64,000 bases of DNA from Terrimicrobiaceae bacterium (GCA_041752695.1 JBGSVZ010000066.1:60239-124238); one strand, 5' to 3'; positions 9,036-18,868 are shown, counted from the stretch's first letter. The notes: a model not told the origin generated them from the letters alone. A program made the numbers and translations.

Positions 9036-12000
9036 ATGAAAGCTCTTCACCGGCAGCGGGCCTTCGCCCTGGTTCTCGTTCTGATTGTCATCGTGCTCAC
9101 TGCGACCATGGCCGTATTTTTCCTCGCCAGCGCGGGGCAGGAGCGCCGGGGCGTCGACCTCTATGGCCGTGGGAGCCAGACGCGGCATCTGGCCGGCATG
9201 GCCGTGAGTCGTGTGATCGGACAAATCGGGTCGGCGACCAAGGAAGCGACCGCCGCAGATCCGGTCGCCTGGGCGTCGCAGCCGGGAATGATCCGGACGT
9301 ACGGTCAGGACGGAAATCCGAGGAACATTTACAAACTGTATTCTTGGGAATCCGATCTCGCGCAGACGGGGGTCGGATACACGCCACTGGGCACCAGCGA
9401 AGTGCCTCCGTCCGGCTGGAAAGACTCGCCTCAGGTGTTCACCGATTTAAATCACCCCATCAACGGTCTTTACCCGATCGTCGATCCCGCCGCCGAGAAT
9501 GCGGTCGAAGGGTTTTCCATCGACAAGACCAATGCCGCCGTCTCCGGATCGGGCTCGGAAGCGCCGATGCCGGTGAAATGGCTGTATGTTCTGGAGGACG
9601 GCCAGATGGTCGCAGGAAGCTCACCTTCCGGGTCAACCGTCACGGTCGCGGGCGCGTCAACGGCCAATCCTGTCGTCGGTCGTGTGGCGTTCTGGACCGA
9701 TGACGAGACGAGCAAGGTTAATATTAACACGGCGAGCGAGGGAGTCTTCTGGGATGTTCCCCGTTCGGGGTCGAGGGACGATGTCCAGTTCGCGGGAAAT
9801 CCCCCGGTTAACTACGAGTTTCAACGGACGCCCGGGCATCCGTCCATGACGTCTTTGAGTGCGGTCTTTCCCGAGCTGCTCACGGAGGCTGCCTTGGATC
9901 CGACCCAGACACGTTGGGGATCCGACTTTGTGGCAGAGGTGCAAAAGCTCTATGCCATGTCCCCGCGCATCGCGTGGGGAGCCGCGGGAGAAGGTTCCCA
10001 GGGCGGGAGGTTTCCCATCACGAGTTATTCGTTCAACTATGGACCAGCGAGAGATGCCATCCCCTTGAGCACTCTGCCAAAAAAGATCACGTTGGATTCC
10101 GATCGGCTTTACGTATCCGCGGATGATTTCTGGTTCAAACCAGACCGCGCAGCCAATGAGGCTTTTGCTGGCAAACTGACCGCCGCCGATTTCCAGAAAC
10201 GTCTCTTTTTCCTCACGGCCAGCAGCCGTGCTCCGGAAACCACCCTCTTTGAGACTCCTCGGGTCAGCTTGTGGCCCATTACCTGGCCCAACGTCTCTTC
10301 CTACTTCGTGACCCGGAACGCCATCGGAGGGCTACCCGCCAAGTACAAGTCTCCCACACCGCAGAATCCTGAGACAACCAAGCTGGCCGACATCAATCCC
10401 GTTTGGATCACCGCTCAGGAACGTCTGCTGGCCTTCTGCGCGAGCTTAAATACTCAGAATGCCAATGGAGGAGACCGGTATTTTTTCCAGAGAAAAGATC
10501 CGGACAGTCCGGTCAACGACTGGGACAACATCCCCAGGAATCAGGTTTTGGTGAACTATCTGATTCGCCAAATGCGCGAGGAGGTTCCGGGTTATGGCAG
10601 TTCCTTGCAGAGCGGCTTGGGCGGCAGCGCTCCCACCACGGCCTGGATCGCCTTCAACGCGTTCGATTACGTGCGATCTTTTGTAAACCAATACACCGCT
10701 CCCGATGCGCAGGAAGGGATTCGGTATTCCTTCGCGGGAGTGAGCTTCCGGAATGGGAGAATGGGGGGAGTGTCCATGAATGCGCTCAATGAGCCGAATG
10801 CGAAAACGCCCACGCCTCTCCGCGCGAACATCGAGGGCGTCGAGCAACGCGGTATCGGCACCCTGCCGGTTTTGGAGGAAGCGGCGCTCGCTTTTTACGC
10901 GGTCGAACGCAATGAGCCTGTTCCTCCGGTTTTGCCTCCGGGCATCACCGACCCGGAAGATCCCGCATATCCGGAGTGGCGGGATCCTTACAATTGGACA
11001 AACCTCATCAACCTGGACGCCACGAACGGGTATCCTGTGGGGGCCCAGACCACAAAGATGCGGGCGGTCATGCTCCTGGATTTCACCGGGTTGGAACCTG
11101 GAGTCAGCATCAAGCCGACTTTTTGGGTAAAAGTCAAAGGGGACTCATTTCGGGTCAACGGGAACCCCATTGGGTTTCCATCCGCCAGTGGTTTTACCGC
11201 GCAGGTGACTTTGTCCACTGCCGTCACCACGAGTCCATCGGTCACTCCTCTGTATAAGAAAGACGGACGGCCCAAGATCTTCAGCAATAGCGAGACCGGC
11301 GCCACGGTCTGGCAGTTGGTTAGCAATGATATTCCCGTAAACGCTGGAGCCCTAAACTTTCAGTTTATTGGTTCGCCGACCACGATCGAGATCTACGCCT
11401 GCGACCCGACGAACATCGACACGGATCCGACCAACAACCCCGCTCGAAAAATTGCGGAAAAGACGGTGGACTTCAGTCAGTGGGATTCTCCGAGTCTGCC
11501 CATGCCGATGGCCCCCCGCTGGGGCATGTCCAGTCGCGCTTATCGGTTCGACAATGCCGGCACCCTGATCCCTGGGCAGACTGGACAACTGCCCGGCAGC
11601 TCACGTTCCAAGACGGCTGCTCCGACGGCCAAAGATAATATGGCGAAATTTAGCCGGGTTGCCGTAGGCGATGCTTGGCAGCCCAATCCCACCTATCAAA
11701 ATTTTCCCGGAGCCGCTCATCCCAACACGACGTGGGCCTGGGCCGAGTATGCCTCGTCCATCACGGCACCTACCGATGCGATGCCTGATATTCGCAGCGC
11801 TTCAACCATTGCGCAATACCGACAGAACTCCACCACCTACGCGTATCGGACCAGCCTAGCCGGATGGACGCGCGACACCAATGATCCGGATGAAGCGCGT
11901 GAGTCGGGCGATTCCCTCCGAAATCTTTCGACAAATTTCCGCAAGCGGGTCGGGGCGGTCAATCAGAGAAACTCCGTCCTTCCTCCCCGGGCCGCATTTT

Positions 12001-13559
12001 GCGTCGAGGGGCATACGGCACAGGCTCCCGTGGACTTTAATGATCCTAATGCGGTTAGCGGCTCTTCCGGCCCCACCTTCGACCTGTTTGTCCAGACTAC
12101 CGATGGTCGATTGTATGACAGCCTGCCCCTTCTCACCCCCTACGATACGGTTCTTAGTATGGTCAATGCCCCTCTTTCCGGCACAGACGATCGTGATCCC
12201 CGCTTAAGCCAACTTTCCAGCAGTAACGACTTCCGGCGGATTACAACCGTCCTGACGGGAGTGAATCCCGCAACGGTCATTGATCCGCTTTTTCCGCGCA
12301 CGACGGTTCGTTCCCAATGGCACGGATTCGGCACGCCCGGGCTCTTTTCAAATGTCACAGGATATCAAAGTTTACCGACTTTCCGGACCAAAAAATTCGC
12401 GCGCAGTGGCACTTATATTCCCGGCGCCGGAGGAGACTTGGGAGGAAGTGGGGGTATTGGGGGGATCGTCGGAGCTGTCGTGGGAGCCCGAAATAAAATT
12501 CCCGACGCCGGGGACTGGACTGGCATGCCCGGCCGCTATGCGGACGGTGGCCTCCTGACCCGCCCCGACCAGGAATATGGCCAGCTCACGCAAGACACCT
12601 CCGGGGGAATGTATGTTCCCTTCTGGCCCCGCCTGGGATACGGAGACTACGTCGGGCCGGTGGGAGCGGGCTCGGCCTTCTCGGCAGATCTCAGTTACTT
12701 TTCGCCCAATCGGCAGATTCCGTCTCCCGTTTTGCTGGGCACGCTGCCCAGATCGCTCACCACTGGCTGGCAAACCCTCGCATTCAGCCCCAATCCCGCT
12801 GCCAAGGCCGGTCACCCGGGCCTTCGCTCTCCGACCAATGGTGCTCCGGATCACTTGCTTTTGGACCTGTTTTGGATGCCGGTCGTCGAACCTTATCCCA
12901 TCAGTGATCAGCTTTCGACGGCGGGGAAGGTGAATCTAAATTATCGGATGATGCCGTTTTCGTATCTGAAGCGACAAACGGCTCTTTATGCCGCCATGAA
13001 AAGCACCTGGATCACCGCTTTGACGGATAATGACAACAATTTCGCAAACCATAAAAGTCATCTTCTGTTTCGGGATCAGGCCGGATCAAAAACGCGCTAC
13101 AGCATCAATGTCGACGAGACTCTCAAGGGATTTGAAGCCGTGTTTGATGCAGGAGACCTCATGCGATCCGCCTCGCAGATTTGTGAGATGTTTCTCGTGC
13201 CACAAGGAACCACTTTGGCGGATGCCTCAGACACTTATTGGGACAGTCATCGCCTGACCGCGGACAATGCCCGGGAGCAGCCTTACGATCACCTCTATTC
13301 CCGGGTGACGACAAAATCGAACACCTACACTGTCCACTGGCGGGTGCAGACGCTCAGAAAGGTTCCTGGAACGACCGCGAACGTCTGGGAAGAGAACCGG
13401 GATCGCGTGGCGGCGGAGCTGCGCGGGTCCACGCTGATCGAGCGCTATATTGACCCGAACGCCATCAATATTCCGGACTATGCCAGCGACACCACGGCTG
13501 AGCCGCTGGGCGGCTTCTACCAGTGGCGCGTGGTTTCGGAAAATTATTTTCAACCCTGA
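9036..13559 (+). CDS. Verru_Chthon cassette protein A (large PilX/GspK-like pilin)
   Basis: RA|FALVLVLIV (no Glu5); WASQPGMIRTY, MPVKWLYVLEDG, GRVAFWTDDETSKVNINTASEG, PDHLLLDLFWMPVVEPY, TTKSNTYTVH, RGSTLIERYIDP; ATG at 9036 just after the C stop. Confidence 0.9.
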   Translation: MKALHRQRAFALVLVLIVIVLTATMAVFFLASAGQERRGVDLYGRGSQTRHLAGMAVSRVIGQIGSATKEATAADPVAWASQPGMIRTYGQDGNPRNIYKLYSWESDLAQTGVGYTPLGTSEVPPSGWKDSPQVFTDLNHPINGLYPIVDPAAENAVEGFSIDKTNAAVSGSGSEAPMPVKWLYVLEDGQMVAGSSPSGSTVTVAGASTANPVVGRVAFWTDDETSKVNINTASEGVFWDVPRSGSRDDVQFAGNPPVNYEFQRTPGHPSMTSLSAVFPELLTEAALDPTQTRWGSDFVAEVQKLYAMSPRIAWGAAGEGSQGGRFPITSYSFNYGPARDAIPLSTLPKKITLDSDRLYVSADDFWFKPDRAANEAFAGKLTAADFQKRLFFLTASSRAPETTLFETPRVSLWPITWPNVSSYFVTRNAIGGLPAKYKSPTPQNPETTKLADINPVWITAQERLLAFCASLNTQNANGGDRYFFQRKDPDSPVNDWDNIPRNQVLVNYLIRQMREEVPGYGSSLQSGLGGSAPTTAWIAFNAFDYVRSFVNQYTAPDAQEGIRYSFAGVSFRNGRMGGVSMNALNEPNAKTPTPLRANIEGVEQRGIGTLPVLEEAALAFYAVERNEPVPPVLPPGITDPEDPAYPEWRDPYNWTNLINLDATNGYPVGAQTTKMRAVMLLDFTGLEPGVSIKPTFWVKVKGDSFRVNGNPIGFPSASGFTAQVTLSTAVTTSPSVTPLYKKDGRPKIFSNSETGATVWQLVSNDIPVNAGALNFQFIGSPTTIEIYACDPTNIDTDPTNNPARKIAEKTVDFSQWDSPSLPMPMAPRWGMSSRAYRFDNAGTLIPGQTGQLPGSSRSKTAAPTAKDNMAKFSRVAVGDAWQPNPTYQNFPGAAHPNTTWAWAEYASSITAPTDAMPDIRSASTIAQYRQNSTTYAYRTSLAGWTRDTNDPDEARESGDSLRNLSTNFRKRVGAVNQRNSVLPPRAAFCVEGHTAQAPVDFNDPNAVSGSSGPTFDLFVQTTDGRLYDSLPLLTPYDTVLSMVNAPLSGTDDRDPRLSQLSSSNDFRRITTVLTGVNPATVIDPLFPRTTVRSQWHGFGTPGLFSNVTGYQSLPTFRTKKFARSGTYIPGAGGDLGGSGGIGGIVGAVVGARNKIPDAGDWTGMPGRYADGGLLTRPDQEYGQLTQDTSGGMYVPFWPRLGYGDYVGPVGAGSAFSADLSYFSPNRQIPSPVLLGTLPRSLTTGWQTLAFSPNPAAKAGHPGLRSPTNGAPDHLLLDLFWMPVVEPYPISDQLSTAGKVNLNYRMMPFSYLKRQTALYAAMKSTWITALTDNDNNFANHKSHLLFRDQAGSKTRYSINVDETLKGFEAVFDAGDLMRSASQICEMFLVPQGTTLADASDTYWDSHRLTADNAREQPYDHLYSRVTTKSNTYTVHWRVQTLRKVPGTTANVWEENRDRVAAELRGSTLIERYIDPNAINIPDYASDTTAEPLGGFYQWRVVSENYFQP

Positions 13560-13574
13560 ATAATCTCTTGATCA

Positions 13575-13588
13575 ATCTCACGATTGAT
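13575..13588. promoter_or_regulatory. Island operator site 3 (ATCTCACGATTGAT) between cassette A and D
   Basis: Part of the longer palindrome ATCAATC-TCAC-GATTGAT (13571-13588); preceded by TTGATC; same layout as site 2. Confidence 0.7.
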
Positions 13589-13616
13589 GGCTTATTCTGG
13601 AAAACGGTCACACCCC

Positions 13617-14288
13617 ATGATTCCCCCCCTGCCCAAATTGCCTATGACGTTGCCACAGCGCTTTCGACGGATGGCGGCGTTCAGTATGATCGAGTTGCTG
13701 ACGGTGATGACGCTCATTTCCATCTTAGCGGCGGCCACTGTTCCGGCCCTTCGCGGCACGCTTGACGGTGTGACGCTGAGCGGCGCGGCGGGGGTGGTGG
13801 AATCGGAATTTTCCCTCGCCCGGCAGGCCGCGATGAGCAGGAATCTGCCCGTTGAGGTTAGGTTTTACGAGCACGACGACGGCAACGGATTGGCGTGGCG
13901 GGCGATTGCGTCCGTGATTCCTGCTGCTGCGAGCGGCGAGACGTCCGACGAGTGGGTAAGCAGGGGCAAAGTGCTTCCGGGCAACATCGTAGCCGATGAT
14001 GCGCAGGATTTTTCGACAGTGATTTCCAAGGCAGCGCCGATTTCCGCAGAGCCAGAGGCTCCCTGGAGCGCGGTGGAGTCGTCTTCGGCTCCAAACCTTT
14101 TGAAAGGTAAAACTTACGTCGGGTTCCAATTCCGGCCGGATGGTTCCATGAACCTCCCGAACGGGCAGCCCTGGTGCGTGACGCTTCGCGGTTACCATAG
14201 ACAGGCGGTAGGTGGGGCGCCGGCCGCCAACTACATTTCCCTCGTTTTCGACGCGCTGACCGGGCGGACGATGGTCCATCAGCCCTGA
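13617..14288 (+). CDS. Verru_Chthon cassette protein D (pilin-like, FimT/GspH-like)
   Basis: AA|FSMIELLTV; LARQAAMSRNLPVEVRFY, FQFRPDGS, DALTGR; start uncertain (13617/13644). Confidence 0.88.
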   Translation: MIPPLPKLPMTLPQRFRRMAAFSMIELLTVMTLISILAAATVPALRGTLDGVTLSGAAGVVESEFSLARQAAMSRNLPVEVRFYEHDDGNGLAWRAIASVIPAAASGETSDEWVSRGKVLPGNIVADDAQDFSTVISKAAPISAEPEAPWSAVESSSAPNLLKGKTYVGFQFRPDGSMNLPNGQPWCVTLRGYHRQAVGGAPAANYISLVFDALTGRTMVHQP

Positions 14289-14604
14289 GGGCGGTTACCC
14301 CGCTGGAATGGCGTTGGCGCGTGAAGCTAGTGCTTGTTTGGCACTTTCGCAGGAAACCTCGCTAATTGTGACTGCTGTGAGGGACGTCCTTTGCCTTCGG
14401 TCGTCGCCATTTAGCCTAGTTCCGGGAGGAGCTGGCCGCCGTTGCAGCGCGGATAGACACGGATAAGTTTCTGGAAACAAGGCGTTGCGAATCGGCCGCC
14501 CGCGTCCAAAAGATTCCCCCGGTGAGTTGGTTGCTTGGGTTTCTGATCTTCCTCATTCTCCGTGGTTTCCGGGAACTCCCTGGTCCTCATTTCCGGTTCT
14601 AGGA

Positions 14605-17600
14605 TCACCGGGCCACCGGAAAATCTCGGTCGCGCAACCAGATTTCCGGCGTCCCCCAACCGGGAACGCTTCCGTTGGCATCCTGCGGTGGACGGATAAA
14701 TGACATCGTGGAGGCCATGCTTTCGAGAATTCGATAGGTGGGATAGGCCGAAGGCAGGCCGTATTGGCCTTGCCCGCCCCGAATGACCCGGAACGATTCG
14801 AATGTTCCGCCGAAGCCGTCGAAAAGCGTAACCTCCCCGCGTGGCAGGTCAGTCCCGGGCGACCAGGTCCAATCCATGTCTTTCCTTTGGTGGTCGATGT
14901 TGTGCCGGATGAAGCAGCGAGGACGGCCCGTGCTGAGGGGCATGTTGTTGAAATCCGTGGCTCCGACCCACTTGCCGCCTGCCCAGACGCGCACCCCGGG
15001 GACGCCCGTCTCCGCTCTCGTCCAGCGAAGATCAAACTCTTTTGCCGCTTCGGTGGAATCCCCCTTAGGGCCATCCAGGTGCAGCGTGAAAATGCGATTC
15101 GGAGGAACCGGGAAGGCGTCGCGCAAAAAGTTCTCCGCCGTTCCCTTGCTGGTTGGCGTGGGCGCCTGGCCGGCGGATTTCATTGCCGTGTGAATGGCAC
15201 GGATCGCGCAGGCATAGACCGAATCGGCCCCGGAATCGACGGCTTCCCACTGGCCATTCTTCCGCACAAAAAACCGATGCTGCCGGGCCGGGTCCAGCCA
15301 GATATGAACCGCCTCCACAGTATCTTCTGGAAGGGTCGGCGGTTCCGCGGAGGAGACAATCTGCATGCGGCGGAGTCCCTCGCCGTAGTTTTTCGCCAGG
15401 AGGGCGTTCGGGAAGTGGCTTTCGGAAACCAAAGGGAAATACGGGGTATAAACCTGCATCGTCAGGTGATCCCCATCCTTAAACTTATCGAAGCCCTCTA
15501 CCCGGCTGAGCACCCGCCCGCCTGACTTGAGCTCGAAGGCGGCGGTATCCCGTTCGGTGAGTGCGACCGAGTATTCCAGGCCCTTCCCGTCGGTCTCCCT
15601 GATCAACTCGCGTCGGCTGCCGGGAGTCCCCACGGAACCAAATTTGATGTGCAGCAGAAAGCCATCGTTTTTCGCGTCGGTGCGCCAGGGGGATTTCATC
15701 GTCTCCCGCTTGGCAGTGACGGGGGGGGCGGACAGCTCGTCGAAAAAACCACCTGAGCGCGCAGGGTCTCCGAGAAATGCCGCGAGGTCTGTTGGCATGG
15801 GGGCAATCTTGGCCAGTTCGCTTCCGGGCGTCAATCGGGCCGCTCCCGAGGATGAAGTGGTCCACGCTGGCGTCGGGGTGTAGTCGGTGGGATCGGCAAA
15901 TCCGTCGAGCATCTTGTGGCCGGAATATTTCGTGCGAGAGAAGTCGGCGTCATATTTCGTGTCGTAGCTCCCGGTATAGGTGATGGGCTTTTCATAGACA
16001 TCGGTGATCGTGGCCACCCCCTTCCGCCAGTCGGTGCGGACGACGGGATCCGGCCGCCCATCGACATGCCCTTTGAACAGAGCCGGAAACACGTCCATCC
16101 CAGTCACACCATAGACGTTCTCGGAATTCAGCAACTCGAACTGCGGCTGATTATAACGTCCGGCGATCGTCGAGAGGCCCCGGACGTAGCCAACGGGCGG
16201 ATGATTGTTGAAATCCAAGCGGTCGAGGAACGCGTTTCCCATCACCGAAAAATCTTCGATGTAATCACGCTGGCTGAGTTTTGGATCCTGTTCCACCCAA
16301 TCCTTGTCCGGGTTGATCGTCATGAAGCCGCGGTAGCCGGGTGCGAGGTTTTGAAAGACATTCCAGTAGAAGTGCGTGTTCGTGTAGGCGTCCCCGTCGA
16401 TGATCACGTTCTGGGTACCTCCGCCGATCTCAGCGTCCATGGCAGGCCAATCGTGCCGCCCGAATTGGGCGAAGTTCGAGAACACATACATGCTTTGGGG
16501 GTAGCGGGCGGTCTGGTTGGCTTGGGATTGAAACTCATCCGGATGCAAATTTCCGCCAAGATAGGGACTGTCCCCCTCGCGGTTGGCGCTGCCTGTCGCC
16601 CCCGCGAAATGGTTGTAAGCCACGATGGCGTCCACCCACGAACCATACATCTGGACGGCATCATGACCACGGGCGATCCAGTTCCGTGCGATCACTGAAG
16701 AAGTCACTGTTGCCGAGCCCGGGGTTTCGATTCCCGCCCCGGAAGTCGCCAGGATATTGTCGACGACGGTGCTGTCCTTGAGGGTTCGCAATTGGACCCC
16801 GGCAAAAGCCACCCCGTCCGGGCACTCGACCCAGTTGTTGCGAAAATCCAGGTTGGAACCATCGAGGCCCACTACGCTCGAGGGGAACCTCGGGCCCGCC
16901 GTGGCCAGTTGGTCGGGTCCCAGCCTCGCGAACCGGCAAAAGAGGAAACCAATGTTCGCGATCTGTGCCACCTGGAGGTTTGCCATCACGGTTTTCGGGT
17001 GTCCGACAAACCAGACCTTGCGGCCTTCCGTCAGTTTGTCGATGGCCGCGCCCCATTTTTCCCAGCGCGAGGCGGTGACAAATGGGCGCGTCTCATCCGT
17101 GATTTCCCCGGCCGGCAATTGAATCACGAACGGTTGCCCGGGAGTCACTTTGCTGTCGTCAATGTTCTCAATGATCCATGTTTTCAGATCAGCCCAAGAC
17201 ATGGCAGAGGCGTCGAAATCAATTTTCACATCCCCTCGCTGCAGTTTTTCGGGAATTCTGTCCGCCGGATTTTTCCATGGCTCCAACAAAAACACAGCCA
17301 GCTTCCGGAGGTGAGTCTTACGGTCCGGTCCCTGCACCGCGATCCGGGTCGGTCGCCAGGGACAACCCGCAAGGGGAGAAGTCATCTCCTTCGAAAACCA
17401 CACCGGATCGGACCCGTTGGGTCCGGACATCTCAAAGACAAAAAGCAGCCGGCCCGGTGGCGTGTTTGGCAGCCGGACGCCGATCCGGTTGTACGACGAG
17501 GAGTTCGGGTTTCTGGCATCCGCCACCTTCAGCCCGAGCGGCTCGCCGGAACTGTCGTGGTCTAACGGCGGGGGCACCGCGGTAATGGATCCTCCCGTCT

Positions 17601-17946
17601 GCTCGGCTGGCAGTTGGTCGATGGGATCCCGCATCTCGCGACGGTCGGTTTTTACCAATTCCCCCGAGACATCATAATATTCCGGAGCCATTTGCGCCTC
17701 GATCTCGGCCTTCTGCGCCGCTTCGGCCGCCTGCAGGTCGACCCGGCCTACCACCTTGAGAGTCCGGGGCGGTCCGCCCGGAACCTCCAATGTCACTTCC
17801 CCGGAAACAGACGCTTTGTCCCAGAGCATCTGGGCCTGCGAACTCCAGTTCGGGGATTCCGCCTGCGAGGTTGAAACGATCGACATTCCGACGAGGAATG
17901 CTGTCGTCAGGGAGATGCGAAACACGGGGTAAGAAGGAAATTTCAT
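14605..17946 (-). CDS. Large secreted protein with central beta-helix-like region (putative glycan lyase/hydrolase)
   Basis: Signal peptide ending SQA|ES; strands LDFRNNWVE, TVVDNIL, VIARNWI, IVAYNHF, VFSNFA, FYWNVF; HPDEFQ motif. Confidence 0.65.
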   Translation of the reverse strand: MKFPSYPVFRISLTTAFLVGMSIVSTSQAESPNWSSQAQMLWDKASVSGEVTLEVPGGPPRTLKVVGRVDLQAAEAAQKAEIEAQMAPEYYDVSGELVKTDRREMRDPIDQLPAEQTGGSITAVPPPLDHDSSGEPLGLKVADARNPNSSSYNRIGVRLPNTPPGRLLFVFEMSGPNGSDPVWFSKEMTSPLAGCPWRPTRIAVQGPDRKTHLRKLAVFLLEPWKNPADRIPEKLQRGDVKIDFDASAMSWADLKTWIIENIDDSKVTPGQPFVIQLPAGEITDETRPFVTASRWEKWGAAIDKLTEGRKVWFVGHPKTVMANLQVAQIANIGFLFCRFARLGPDQLATAGPRFPSSVVGLDGSNLDFRNNWVECPDGVAFAGVQLRTLKDSTVVDNILATSGAGIETPGSATVTSSVIARNWIARGHDAVQMYGSWVDAIVAYNHFAGATGSANREGDSPYLGGNLHPDEFQSQANQTARYPQSMYVFSNFAQFGRHDWPAMDAEIGGGTQNVIIDGDAYTNTHFYWNVFQNLAPGYRGFMTINPDKDWVEQDPKLSQRDYIEDFSVMGNAFLDRLDFNNHPPVGYVRGLSTIAGRYNQPQFELLNSENVYGVTGMDVFPALFKGHVDGRPDPVVRTDWRKGVATITDVYEKPITYTGSYDTKYDADFSRTKYSGHKMLDGFADPTDYTPTPAWTTSSSGAARLTPGSELAKIAPMPTDLAAFLGDPARSGGFFDELSAPPVTAKRETMKSPWRTDAKNDGFLLHIKFGSVGTPGSRRELIRETDGKGLEYSVALTERDTAAFELKSGGRVLSRVEGFDKFKDGDHLTMQVYTPYFPLVSESHFPNALLAKNYGEGLRRMQIVSSAEPPTLPEDTVEAVHIWLDPARQHRFFVRKNGQWEAVDSGADSVYACAIRAIHTAMKSAGQAPTPTSKGTAENFLRDAFPVPPNRIFTLHLDGPKGDSTEAAKEFDLRWTRAETGVPGVRVWAGGKWVGATDFNNMPLSTGRPRCFIRHNIDHQRKDMDWTWSPGTDLPRGEVTLFDGFGGTFESFRVIRGGQGQYGLPSAYPTYRILESMASTMSFIRPPQDANGSVPGWGTPEIWLRDRDFPVAR

Positions 17947-18006
17947 GAGGAAAAGGGGAGGAGCAAAGATTTTTTCGGGGGAAATCCGATTGGTGACCTT
18001 GTCTAT

Positions 18007-18020
18007 ATCTCACGTGGGAT
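18007..18020. promoter_or_regulatory. Island operator site 4 (ATCTCACGTGGGAT)
   Basis: Near-perfect palindrome between a minus-strand TTGACC (18029-18034) and the start at 17946. Confidence 0.65.
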
Positions 18021-18136
18021 AAATGCAAGGTCAATCGGCTTAGGGTGGGGGGGAAGCCATGTCTCGCGCAATGGCCGCGGAGGTTTTGGGGGCACCGAGG
18101 GGGACGTCTGCGAGGCGCAGACGAGAAGGCGGGACG

Positions 18137-18776
18137 CTACTCGGAGACTTCGGTCGTCTTGAAGGAGAGATCGTCGAGCCAAAAGCGTCCGCCCGCCGCC
18201 GCGATTTTCGGGAAAGAGATCCCCATCTTGATCTTCTGAGTCTCCGGTTTCAACTTCACGCGGCACACGACTTCGTTCCAGGAGTCGGATTCGACGATTT
18301 TGGCGGCCCCCCAGTTGATGTCGATCCGCTGGCCAGTGCCGTCGAACTGCTGGACATTGAAGAGCCCTTCGACCCCCAGCCCCTCGCTGCGGGTAAAAAA
18401 TCGGATCTCCACGGCGGCACCGGACACCTCGACTTCCGGGATGTTTAAGAACAGCCCGGTGGTATCCTGCAAAACCTCGATGGCGAGGCAGTTTCCGCCG
18501 GATTTGGGTCTTTCGCTGCTGATGGAGACGGTAAAATATTCAGAGTTGGCTGATGCTCCCCAGCTGGGCGACTGACCGTCAATATTGGCGCCCGCACGCC
18601 ATCCCGGGAGGTCCGGCGCAAGCGTCTCGAAATTGATGCCCTCGGTCTGTGGAGGCGTGGGTCAGCAGCGCGAGGATGACCGCCAAGAGCGCATAGCCGG
18701 ACGGCAGGCTCCGTCCCCCTCCTTTTTTGGTTCGGAGAGGCGTCAGGTGAAGGGAAAGCGGGGCGTGGGTTTTCAT
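18137..18776 (-). pseudogene. Frameshifted secreted protein (about 212 aa if repaired), carbohydrate-binding-like beta sandwich
   Basis: Signal peptide (YALLAVILALLTHAS) in one frame continues as TEGINFETLAPDLPGW...GGRFWLDDLSFK in another; frame switch near 18647. Confidence 0.7.
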
Positions 18777-18868
18777 CTGGCTTGATTGTTATGGGAGGGC
18801 GCGCGACCGGGAACCGTATTCCGTTCGGTCGGAAGGATCTGGAGATGCATAGTCATTTTCCGCCACGC

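Noticed and set aside
14289..14604. Structured ncRNA in the convergent gap (also 7120-7310 and 52193-52385)
   Set aside because: No convincing conserved structure or known motif recognised by eye; an Rfam/Infernal scan would be needed
18105..18123. Hairpin CGTCTGCG-AGG-CGCAGACG as a terminator
   Set aside because: The stem is real but lacks a T tract on the relevant strand
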